IMG/VR virus record: IMGVR_UViG_3300045988_179268
Coordinates: 255,427 to 319,426 of that record
DNA from: a virus
DNA length: 64,000 bases
Strand: one strand, 5' to 3'
The stretch's first letter is position 1; every line of letters begins with the position of its first letter. Under the pieces are notes generated by a model, which was given only the letters and a program-made list of their open reading frames with translations, had not been told where the DNA came from and made no database searches. Below, in pieces: positions 50,717 to 58,796 of the stretch. The position numbers and the translations under genes were made by a program.

Positions 50717-53191
50717 ATGACTACGAAAATGCACGTTGGATTCAGGGACGGTCAGCTAGTTAGCGGCAAGTGCGAAGCTGACAAAGGGAAATGTCCTTAT
50801 GGTAATCATTTCGCGTCGCAGAGTGAGTCAGATGCGTATAGGGAGCATGTCGCTGAAATTCTTTATAGCCCTGAATGTGCAGGTTTGGCGGCTGGTCTTG
50901 AAGCAATGGGCACCGCAAGTAACGGCATGACCACTGAGCAGGCTTTGGCGAACGGCTTCCCAGAGGAGATTGCGAAGCTGATTGGTGGTGAGCCTACCGA
51001 CCCGAAGTATGCCCGTGAAAACGTTGGTAAAGAACTGGAAGATGACTCACTTGAAGAGCTTCGTGAGGCGCTGAGTGGCAACCTGGGCGACGGGACAGAT
51101 GACGATGATGATTATGAGCCTCCAGCCTCTATGAGCGAAGCTATTGATGAGTTCATCGCAAAGCATGAAGTTTCTTCCCTGCGAGAAGCTTTAGGTGGCG
51201 AAACTCACGCCCTGGTTCATAGGTCTGTACCGGAAGGTATTGACCTTGAAACAGAAGAGGGTGCCGCTAAGTTCATGGAAGTGCTCAGTAGCTACAAGAT
51301 GTCAGCCAGAAGCGACTTTGAAGAGCTTCCCCCTTCGCTAGATAGGCACGGCTACACCTACTCCTATGGGGATAGAAGCAGTGATTACTACAAGTCCCTA
51401 AAGAACGAATACCAGAACTTTGGCGTAGCTTTAACCGCTTTGCGCACAGGGCAGACTGACCAGTTGAGCGTAGATGAGCTTGACATTGCTTCGGAGCATG
51501 AGGCTGAGTTCAACATCCTAAACGCGGCGGCAGATGCGGCATACGAGGGTGTTGATGGTGAGCGTGATACACGTGGCTGGCGTTCTGTCACAGACTACGG
51601 CGAAGAGGGTAACCAGGTTAATGACTCAATTATGCGTAGCATGATAATCCAGTCCGCGAATGGCGCTAATCGCCACTACCGCACTGAGGCATACAACCAC
51701 CTTAATGCGGACGTTATCTACAACGATGGTATCGGCGGGAATGACACATGGGAATATTACATGGGTGATTTGTCGCAGGATGAACTGTCTAAGTTGGGTT
51801 TAAGCCCTGACATTGAGATGAATAAATTGCGCCATCACCTGTATGCAGAGAGGTACGGTGAGGAGCTTGAAAATGCGGATAAGGCAAAGCATGAAGCGGC
51901 GCGTAAAAGTGCTGGGACAAGCCTGGAAGACCTTAAAGCGAACATTAAGTCCAACACCTCCAGCCTTGACCAGCTAAAAAATTCCCCCATTAGCAAGAAC
52001 TTCTATCTGCATAATTCTTCACCAGCTGTGAAGGCTTACCACAAGGAAGCTGGCGCGAAGTTGAAGGAGAAGATTAAGCCCGGCTCTTTCGTTATGCTGA
52101 ACAGGCAGGATGCGCTTGTATACAGGATTGAGGAAGACGGCTCCCTCCGCACTCCAGACGGGGCGCTATGGGGGCACGTGAACCTTAAAACGGGTGCGAT
52201 GCATGACATTGACGGCACAAACATGCTTCATTCTGGTGGTGCTCGTGTCTACAGCAATGAGGATGAGCTGTATAAATATGCGGCGCTTGACGACGGGTTC
52301 CACCACCAGTCAGGGTGGTTCTCTGCTGACCCTGGTATCGTAAGCACCTATGAGGGTAGTGGCACCTACGGGAAACTGTTCGATAACGTAACTGATTACC
52401 TTAAGGAACGTGAGGACGCGCTAACGGAGCAGTCTCGCCGTAGCAGGGAGCTTGCAGATGGCGTGGACTCTATGGACGCAGGGAAGCTTTACGACGTTGC
52501 TCGAAAGAAGTTCGGGATGCCTGCCATCAGCAAGTCCAGCAATGCACTCAAAGCAGGTAACGAAGGCGAGCTCAAGCGTGAGGTGAGGAAGTACCTCAAG
52601 GGGCAGATTGACTCTGGCAAAGTGGAGTTTGATGCTAACACGAAGGAGTTCAAAGCTTCTAATCGTGAACCAGTGAAGCAGTATAACGAGGCTGAGGATA
52701 TGAAGCGTATCCTTGGTGAGAGTAATGACATCCCAGTGGCGACTCGTGTATCTATCATGAACAGCGCCCGCCGCAAGCGCGACATGATTACGGCTCAGGC
52801 TGACCAGTTCGCAGGTGCGTTTGAGCCGAGGCTTACGGAACATAACCCTGTGGCATCTAGGCGCGTGAACTGGAATCACGAATCGGTAAAAGTCAAGGAC
52901 GCTGAGAAGGGTAATCTTATCATTAGCAACACTATGGATAAGGATGGTACACGCGACACTTACGTTGTTGTGGATGCAGAGAAGGGGCTTATGGTTCAGA
53001 TTGACACTAACCTTACACCTACAGCTAGGTTGAGTGACCCTGATGGCAGTAGGGCAAGCGCTTTCCAGGCTACTACTTCCGAGTATGCTGTTCAGAATAT
53101 TTTGCGCCGCTACGAATTGGAAGACCAGTCTCTTAACGTTCAGCCTATCTCTGATAAAAATAGGTACGGTGATAGACTTCAAGTCTGGTAG
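50717..53191 (+). CDS. Large paralogue family protein 4 of 4 (824 aa)
   Basis: MTTKMHVGFRDGQLVSGKCEADKGKCPYGNHF. LIGGEPTDPKYARENVG. NSARRKRDMITAQADQFAGAFE. Ends ...RLQVW. Confidence 0.85.
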   Translation: MTTKMHVGFRDGQLVSGKCEADKGKCPYGNHFASQSESDAYREHVAEILYSPECAGLAAGLEAMGTASNGMTTEQALANGFPEEIAKLIGGEPTDPKYARENVGKELEDDSLEELREALSGNLGDGTDDDDDYEPPASMSEAIDEFIAKHEVSSLREALGGETHALVHRSVPEGIDLETEEGAAKFMEVLSSYKMSARSDFEELPPSLDRHGYTYSYGDRSSDYYKSLKNEYQNFGVALTALRTGQTDQLSVDELDIASEHEAEFNILNAAADAAYEGVDGERDTRGWRSVTDYGEEGNQVNDSIMRSMIIQSANGANRHYRTEAYNHLNADVIYNDGIGGNDTWEYYMGDLSQDELSKLGLSPDIEMNKLRHHLYAERYGEELENADKAKHEAARKSAGTSLEDLKANIKSNTSSLDQLKNSPISKNFYLHNSSPAVKAYHKEAGAKLKEKIKPGSFVMLNRQDALVYRIEEDGSLRTPDGALWGHVNLKTGAMHDIDGTNMLHSGGARVYSNEDELYKYAALDDGFHHQSGWFSADPGIVSTYEGSGTYGKLFDNVTDYLKEREDALTEQSRRSRELADGVDSMDAGKLYDVARKKFGMPAISKSSNALKAGNEGELKREVRKYLKGQIDSGKVEFDANTKEFKASNREPVKQYNEAEDMKRILGESNDIPVATRVSIMNSARRKRDMITAQADQFAGAFEPRLTEHNPVASRRVNWNHESVKVKDAEKGNLIISNTMDKDGTRDTYVVVDAEKGLMVQIDTNLTPTARLSDPDGSRASAFQATTSEYAVQNILRRYELEDQSLNVQPISDKNRYGDRLQVW

Positions 53192-53206
53192 TTAATGCTC
53201 ACCTTT

Positions 53207-53240
53207 AAAGGTGGGGCGGAGATGTTTCCGCTCCACCTTT
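53207..53240 (+). terminator. Rho-independent terminator
   Basis: Stem aaaggtggggcgg/ccgctccaccttt (one mismatch) followed by a T-rich run. Confidence 0.7.
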
Positions 53241-53330
53241 TTCTTTGCCTAATATTGGATGCGCCCATCTCTGCGAGGTGCTACTATATTAAAGCACCTA
53301 TTAGTCAAGATTTACTGTAGGAGGTTAGGT

Positions 53331-53621
53331 GTGGCAAACTCGAAGTTTACACGCAATGCGTTGCACAGTGTAAAACGCCCGACTCTAAATACGTTGTCGC
53401 TGGGTTTTTGGGTGGCGCGTCTTAATTCTGACACGAATGGCGCATTGACCGATACAGCCGCAAAACTTCACTCTACCCGCAACTACCAAGGCTCTCCAGC
53501 TGAGGCGCTTACGGAAGCCGCTGGAGCCCTTTCAGTGCAAATCGGCAGGGCTCCCTCGCCCATTGAGGTACTTAGCTATGTTGCAGGCGTTATTGACGCA
53601 CGTATGGAGGCACCATTTTAA
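53331..53621 (+). CDS. Hypothetical protein
   Basis: GTG 53331 sits 6 nt after GGAGG. Confidence 0.6.
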   Translation: MANSKFTRNALHSVKRPTLNTLSLGFWVARLNSDTNGALTDTAAKLHSTRNYQGSPAEALTEAAGALSVQIGRAPSPIEVLSYVAGVIDARMEAPF

Positions 53622-54460
53622 TGAACGCACCAACACCCCTAGCACCAACTGTCCCTGTCGAAGAAGGGTGCGTTTACCAGTACTTGACGGGAATCCCCCT
53701 CGTTCACATGAAGCAGGTTTCAGCACTACCAGGCGAGAGTGGTGCGATGTTTGAAGTTACTGGAATATTCCTGTGGCGTGCTCGACCCGAAGGTTTCGTT
53801 CCGTCTGATAAAGATTTTACGATTGAGACACTGCTTAGGGAATCAGGTATTGTGCCAACGCCCACGAGTGAAGAAGCTGGCGAAGCCGCCGCACAGCAGG
53901 GTCAGCTCCCCTTGGGAGATAAGGGAAGCCGTAACATCTCTGGCAGGGCAACGGCAACGATGGATGCTACAGATTGGCAGATTCCAGTCGATGCGCGCGC
54001 TATGTTGTTGTCTGATTCTATTTCAGCACCAATTTATGATTTTCTTCAAGGGTATGTGACACCTAAAGCGGATGGCTACCCTTTCCCAAATTTCGACCTT
54101 ATAGATGATAAGGATATTGAAGAGGGAATTTTAGCGGCTAAGACGTTGAAACCTGTTGAAGGGGAGCCTCCGGTAGTTACAGCCTATAGGTCTGTTCAAC
54201 TTCTCATTTCCCAATCGGGAGACTGGATGTTGCCGCTCATGGAAGAGGATGAGCTAGTCACTTTCTACAGGAAATGTCTCAATGCCACGTTTGAGACAGT
54301 GGCAGACCTCATGAGATACTGCATCACCTACTTTTACCCGATGCCGTATGAAGAGTTGGCATACACGGTAGAGACATTCCGCATGAACTGGGCTGGCGTG
54401 ATTAACGTCATAGAGGAAAATAATGCCCGTGACTTGCAATTAGCGGAAAGTTTGTTGTAG
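53621..54460 (+). CDS. Hypothetical protein
   Basis: TAATG stop/start overlap with the upstream gene. Confidence 0.7.
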   Translation: MNAPTPLAPTVPVEEGCVYQYLTGIPLVHMKQVSALPGESGAMFEVTGIFLWRARPEGFVPSDKDFTIETLLRESGIVPTPTSEEAGEAAAQQGQLPLGDKGSRNISGRATATMDATDWQIPVDARAMLLSDSISAPIYDFLQGYVTPKADGYPFPNFDLIDDKDIEEGILAAKTLKPVEGEPPVVTAYRSVQLLISQSGDWMLPLMEEDELVTFYRKCLNATFETVADLMRYCITYFYPMPYEELAYTVETFRMNWAGVINVIEENNARDLQLAESLL

Positions 54461-54488
54461 AGTAGTTATTACCAAGGTTGATGTTGCG

Positions 54489-54532
54489 CCTCTGGGGGTG
54501 AGGAGCCCCACAGGGAAATCTACCCCCAGAGG
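54489..54532 (+). terminator. Hairpin terminator
   Basis: Stem cctctggggg/cccccagagg followed by tttcatcttt. Confidence 0.65.
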
Positions 54533-54552
54533 TTTCATCTTTCTCAACTTTG

Positions 54553-54563
54553 TGTGATATAAT
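54553..54563 (+). promoter_or_regulatory. Extended -10 element TGTGATATAAT upstream of a tRNA pair
   Basis: TATAAT at 54558-54563 preceded by TGTG. Confidence 0.5.
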
Positions 54564-54646
54564 ATTTCTGTAGCTGAGCCATATACGCCTATGCAGGAGT
54601 CCCACAGGGAAATCCGAACTAGGCTGACTCATTTACAGTGTCTTTA

Positions 54647-54720
54647 CGGGGTGTAGCGCAGTTTGGTAGCGCATCTGCTTTGGGAGCAGAGGGTCGCAGG
54701 TTCAAATCCTGTCACCCCGA
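54647..54720 (+). tRNA. tRNA-Pro (anticodon TGG)
   Basis: Acceptor cggggtg/caccccg, anticodon stem tctgc/gcaga with loop ttTGGga, T arm gcagg-ttcaaat-cctgt. Confidence 0.85.
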
Positions 54721-54722
54721 CG

Positions 54723-54838
54723 AACAACGAAGAGATTCATGCATTGAATATAGATTCTATTCATGATGATTCTATTTTATGCACTTAATAACCGTACTCT
54801 AGACAATGGTGTGTTTTCGCAACTCTCTCTTCGTTGTT
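54723..54838. repeat. 13-bp perfect inverted repeat enclosing a 90-nt AT-rich spacer between two tRNAs
   Basis: aacaacgaagaga (54723-54735) pairs with tctcttcgttgtt (54826-54838). Inside are direct repeats gattctatt x2 and attcatg x2. Confidence 0.7.
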
Positions 54839-54840
54839 TT

Positions 54841-54912
54841 GCCGGTTTAGCTCAGTGGTAGAGCGGTGATTTCGTAAGTCATAAGTCGTCAGTTCGATTC
54901 TGACAATCGGCT
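54841..54912 (+). tRNA. tRNA-Thr (anticodon CGT)
   Basis: Acceptor gccggtt/aatcggc, loop ttCGTaa, T arm gtcag-ttcgatt-ctgac. The anticodon stem closes with two G-U pairs. Confidence 0.75.
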
Positions 54913-54915
54913 CTT

Positions 54916-54957
54916 AGGTGGGTAGCTTCGTTCCGGGGTCCAAGAAGCTACCCACCT
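54916..54957 (+). terminator. Hairpin terminator after tRNA-Thr
   Basis: 14-bp stem aggtgggtagcttc/gaagctacccacct followed by tatcttttt. Confidence 0.75.
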
Positions 54958-55039
54958 TATCTTTTTACCTCTGCACATTTCATGTGTGGAGGTTTTTCTA
55001 TGTTTTCCCTATGGTTTTTCGGTATGCAAACTGGGTTTG

Positions 55040-55064
55040 TGTGATATAGAATTGTGAGTATAAT
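55040..55064 (+). promoter_or_regulatory. Tandem -10-like elements (TGTGATATAGA, TGTGAGTATAAT) at the left boundary of miniature IS copy 2
   Basis: The TATAAT hexamer at 55059-55064 is formed by the first bases of the element. The same gtataattaacc start is seen in the full copy at 62496. Confidence 0.4.
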
Positions 55065-55516
55065 TAACCTTTAATTCAACTCGTACAAAATTGTATGTTT
55101 CTGCCATCTATTGTTACAAAATTTGACGGCGTGTGTCATACCATAAGTACAGGCTCAGAATAACCCGATGTAGTTACACGCTGTGTTATTCTGAGTCATA
55201 ATCGAATCAGTGTTAAGGCTAGTTGTTGCTACCTAAGTCCTGTGGGATAGTTAAATCCATCCACCGTCCAGGTTGCGGTATATCCGTGACCGCCCCATAT
55301 TTTTGACGAGATGCAGATTTAACCCATCCTTCACAAGGGCACAAAAACTGGAAGTAAGGATTGTCTTAGCTACTTGGTTTGGTTACATGTAACCCTAAGC
55401 GCTTAGCGAGGGGCTAGAGGTATCGTAGGGTGCCTATAACAGTTTTTCTGTCATGAATTAAATGCAACATTTGAGTGTTTTTTTGTAGCACTTCGATACA
55501 CCATTTAAACCTATGC
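55058..55516 (+). mobile_element. Miniature tnpB-less derivative (copy 2) of the IS605/IS1341-type element
   Basis: Collinear with copy 1 over its whole length with scattered substitutions. Same ends (gtataattaacctttaattcaactcg ... cttcgatacaccatttaaacctatgc). Confidence 0.8.
55374..55516 (+). ncRNA. Putative omega-RNA scaffold / right end (copy 2)
   Basis: Aligns with 26414-26557 and 63857-64000. Differences cluster in hairpin loops. Confidence 0.45.
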
Positions 55517-55644
55517 ACCAGTCAGTGCTGTGTTTTTCTTCTTTTATGGAGTTGGCACTGGTGGCTCTTCCGCATCAGCGGGAGTGTCAGCTGGTTTTGC
55601 ATTTCTTGTTCATTCAGACTTCCTATGAGGAGAGAGAGATTATA

Positions 55645-58359
55645 TTGGCTAAGAACCCTAAGCGTTCCATGAAGAAGACTTTGACTGCCAGTGTCGGCTT
55701 GGCACTGGTGGGTACCGGCTCAATCGCTGGCGCGGCTAATGCCATCACCGCCAATGATGCGAAGCCGCATAACTTCGAGGGCGCTGTATCGGCTGAGGCT
55801 TACAGCAAGACCACTCAGGACATCCCCGTTGATTACAGCGCGCTTGACGAGGCTGTGAAGGTGGCTAAGGAGAAGGGTGTTAAGGTTACTCAGGGTGAGA
55901 CTGAGGAGGTGAAGGTCGCCACTTCTGCCGAGGCAGACGCTAAGGTTGCTGAGGCGAAGAAGGAAAGTACCGCAAACATTGAGAAGTTGCGTGCGGCTGT
56001 GAAGACCATTGCCGACAATAAGGCTGACGCTGAGAAGGTTGCTAAGGCTAATGCTGACCGTTCCGCTTTGGAGAAGCAGATTGCTTCTATCAAGGCAGAG
56101 AACGAGAAGATTACCAAGGAGAACGAGGAAGCTACTAAGCGTTACAACGAGGCGAAGGCGGCTTACGACAAGCTGTACGCTGAGCAGGTAACTAACGCTG
56201 ACCCGTACAAGGCTATCCATAACGCTGACAAGCTTGCTCTGGATAAGCCTTTCGAAATTGTGGACAGCCCGAACAACCTTGTTTCTATTAATGGCAAGGC
56301 TCCTTCCAGTTCTAACGCTGACCGTAGTGATTTCCCTGATAGCTGGTCTTCCGAGTACGCTTACCGCTTCACTAACCTTGACCCGAACAACCCCAACCTG
56401 ACTATGAAGTATAAGGGTGTTGCGGTTGATAAGGAAACTAAGCGCCCGTTGGATGCTGAGGTGAAGATTCTCCGCTTTGTCGATAACCCGGCAGGTTCCC
56501 CGGTGAACGCCGATGGTTCCGCTAAGTGGCAGAACATGTATGATGTCTATTCTTCTTTTAATGACATTGTTGCAAAGCAGAAGGTATATGCTTCTGAGGT
56601 TCAGCTGACCTATACCTACAGTGATACTGGCGAGAAGTACGAGAAGAAGATTTATGATACCGTTGGCTCTCTGAACGCTCAGGAGAATAACGGCACTGAG
56701 TCCGCTGTTCGTTACGAGTTCACCGCACCGGGTAAGGGTGTTATCGCCACCTATGTCAGTTCTGAGTCGCGTATCGCGCCTGATGCCCAGAAGATTAACG
56801 GTACCGCTTCCCAGATGGTAGACCGTGGCTTCTACATTAAGGCTGGTTCGAACCAGGGTGGCGTGGTGTTCGATGAGAACGACGATGCGTTGAAGTACCT
56901 GGGTGTTACTTACCTGATGGAGAATGGTGGTACGTTCTTCTTCGGTACCACTGGTAATGCTGGTGTCCCTGGCACTGACGGTGTTATTGGTGACCCGCAG
57001 AAAACTGGTGCTTCCCGTTACAGTGATTACTCTATTGACGCTTCTTACAACCACCTGATGCTGAGTGCTAATACTGTTGCGCCTACCGCTGTTGCTCCGG
57101 TTAAGCCTCAGTTGAAGCCTTTGAAGCCTGTCCCTGAGCTTCCTCCGGTGGCTAAGCCTACCCCGAAGCCGGTTCCCGAGGTTAAGGTGAACAAGAAGGT
57201 CATTAAGTTGGCTAATGTCGCGCCTGAGAAGACTGTCGCAAACGAGGATGTCGTTATCCCTGCTGGTAACGATTTGCCGACACAGACTGTTACTGGTAAC
57301 ACCGGCATGAAGGCTCCTGAGCAGTTCTCCATTACTGACCTTGTGGAGTATGCGAAGGACGGCGACGGTAATTGGCGTGCGTTGGTTTCCATTACCGAGG
57401 ATAAGCTTAAGGTTGTGGATGCGTCCGGTAAGGATGTGACTAACCTCTTCGACATTAAGGTTGAGAAGGGTAAGCTTGTCTCTGGTACTGGCACTGACTT
57501 TGATGGTCATGTGGCAGATGTGGTCACCGCTACCGCTAAGGAACCGGGTAAGCTGGCTGTTAACAGCTCTTACTCCCTCAAGGTGGAGTCCAAGTCTCTG
57601 AATGATTTCAAGGCTGATGAGATGCGTGACCTTGGTGTTGTGACCATCAACAACAAGCCCATCGTCACCTCTATTCACCGTGTGAAGGAGATTACAGGTC
57701 AGGTCAATAAGGAGCTGACTACTCCTGCATCTGAGGTGAAGCCGGGCGCTACCCTGCGCTGGAAGGCTCAGGCTAAAAACGCCTCCGGTGCAGACATGGA
57801 GAAGGCGGTCATCTCTGAGTTCCCCGACAATGCGCAGTTCGATGTTGCGTCCGTGAAGTTCCTGAATACTAACGGTCGAGGCGTTGTAAACGGCAATGTT
57901 TGGGAGATTGGTGAGTTGAAGGCGGGTGAGACTGTCGAGTTTGAGGTTGAGGTAACCCTCAAGAATGACCTTGACATGGCGCGTATCGCTTCCGAGGGTA
58001 TTCTGAACACGATTGTGCTGACGAATAACCCCACCCCGACTGACCCGACCCCGACCACTCCTCCTGAGAAGTGCCAGGTGAACGCTACTGTCGATGAGGA
58101 TACTGATGGTTGCGATATGACGGTTACTAAGGTCACCCCTCCGCCGGTAACCCCGGAGTCCCCGAAGCCTTCTGAACCTGCTAAGCCGGAACAGCCGAAG
58201 GAAATTGAGAAGGCTAAGGCTGAGACTGGTGATACTGGTTACGGCATTGCTGGGCTGGATGCGACTACTGCCGCTGGTGGTATCGGCATCCTGGCTCTTG
58301 CGGGTGGCGCTGTGTACTTCGCCAAGCGCCGCAAGAAGAACGAAGGTGACGCTTCCTAA
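55645..58359 (+). CDS. Cell-wall-anchored surface protein: signal peptide, Ala/Lys/Glu coiled coil, globular region, Pro-rich linker, DUF11-like domain, LPXTG-like sorting signal
   Basis: TTG 55645 sits 6 nt after GAGGAGAGAGAG; ATG 55669 is an alternative. Signal peptide KKTLTASVGLALVGTGSIAGAANA. Pro-rich linker APVKPQLKPLKPVPELPPVAKPTPKPVPE. DUF11-like KPGATLRWKAQAKNASG...WEIGELKAGETVEFEVEVTL. C-terminus KAETGDTG plus the hydrophobic stretch GIGILALAGGAVYFA plus KRRKKNEG. Confidence 0.8.
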   Translation: MAKNPKRSMKKTLTASVGLALVGTGSIAGAANAITANDAKPHNFEGAVSAEAYSKTTQDIPVDYSALDEAVKVAKEKGVKVTQGETEEVKVATSAEADAKVAEAKKESTANIEKLRAAVKTIADNKADAEKVAKANADRSALEKQIASIKAENEKITKENEEATKRYNEAKAAYDKLYAEQVTNADPYKAIHNADKLALDKPFEIVDSPNNLVSINGKAPSSSNADRSDFPDSWSSEYAYRFTNLDPNNPNLTMKYKGVAVDKETKRPLDAEVKILRFVDNPAGSPVNADGSAKWQNMYDVYSSFNDIVAKQKVYASEVQLTYTYSDTGEKYEKKIYDTVGSLNAQENNGTESAVRYEFTAPGKGVIATYVSSESRIAPDAQKINGTASQMVDRGFYIKAGSNQGGVVFDENDDALKYLGVTYLMENGGTFFFGTTGNAGVPGTDGVIGDPQKTGASRYSDYSIDASYNHLMLSANTVAPTAVAPVKPQLKPLKPVPELPPVAKPTPKPVPEVKVNKKVIKLANVAPEKTVANEDVVIPAGNDLPTQTVTGNTGMKAPEQFSITDLVEYAKDGDGNWRALVSITEDKLKVVDASGKDVTNLFDIKVEKGKLVSGTGTDFDGHVADVVTATAKEPGKLAVNSSYSLKVESKSLNDFKADEMRDLGVVTINNKPIVTSIHRVKEITGQVNKELTTPASEVKPGATLRWKAQAKNASGADMEKAVISEFPDNAQFDVASVKFLNTNGRGVVNGNVWEIGELKAGETVEFEVEVTLKNDLDMARIASEGILNTIVLTNNPTPTDPTPTTPPEKCQVNATVDEDTDGCDMTVTKVTPPPVTPESPKPSEPAKPEQPKEIEKAKAETGDTGYGIAGLDATTAAGGIGILALAGGAVYFAKRRKKNEGDAS

Positions 58360-58439
58360 TAGAGGTGTTGCTGACATCACTCAGTTACGATTATGTTTCT
58401 GCCGGAAGGTGTGCTAAACTAGTTACAGAGTGATAGACG

Positions 58440-58477
58440 GAAACCCCCTACGCATAAGGATGTACGTAGGGGGTTTC
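58440..58477 (+). terminator. Rho-independent terminator
   Basis: 13-bp stem gaaaccccctacg/cgtagggggtttc followed by tttat. Confidence 0.8.
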
Positions 58478-58481
58478 TTTA

Positions 58482-58490
58482 TGCTATAAT
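58482..58490 (+). promoter_or_regulatory. Extended -10 promoter TGCTATAAT
   Basis: A perfect TGnTATAAT, 4 nt after the terminator. Confidence 0.45.
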
Positions 58491-58735
58491 TGTTTATGGT
58501 TGATGTTTTAAGTGCTGACCATGTTAAGTGCCTCCATTGTTGAGGCATTGGTTACGGTACGGTCTTCAACCCTTGCTTGAGTTTTCTGCTGGTGTGCATT
58601 CGGCGTGTGCGCCATATCTTGAAACGCCTCTGGTGGATGGGGTATCCCAAGGAGTGTTTGAGTTCAGGGTCATGGTTTCGTCGTCTGTGATTGGTAATGC
58701 TTTCGCTATCCGGCGGTGCTTGCTCGTAGCTGGCT

Positions 58736-58774
58736 GAAAAGCCCCTCACTGGAAGAATCAGTGAGGGGCTTTTC
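58736..58774. terminator. Bidirectional hairpin
   Basis: 16-bp stem gaaaagcccctcactg/cagtgaggggcttttc. Confidence 0.8.
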
Positions 58775-58796
58775 TAGTTATATCGCTTTTATGAGG

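Noticed and set aside
55645-58359. Calling the surface protein an antigen I/II-family adhesin
   Set aside because: Only the gross layout is similar (Ala-rich coiled coil, globular region, Pro-rich region, wall anchor). I cannot verify sequence homology without a search, so the call is kept generic.
55720-58380. 886-aa ORF on the minus strand
   Set aside because: It is exactly antisense to the surface-protein gene, which has a signal peptide, a DUF11-like domain and a sorting signal. The antisense translation is R/L/S/V-rich low-complexity sequence with no start context.
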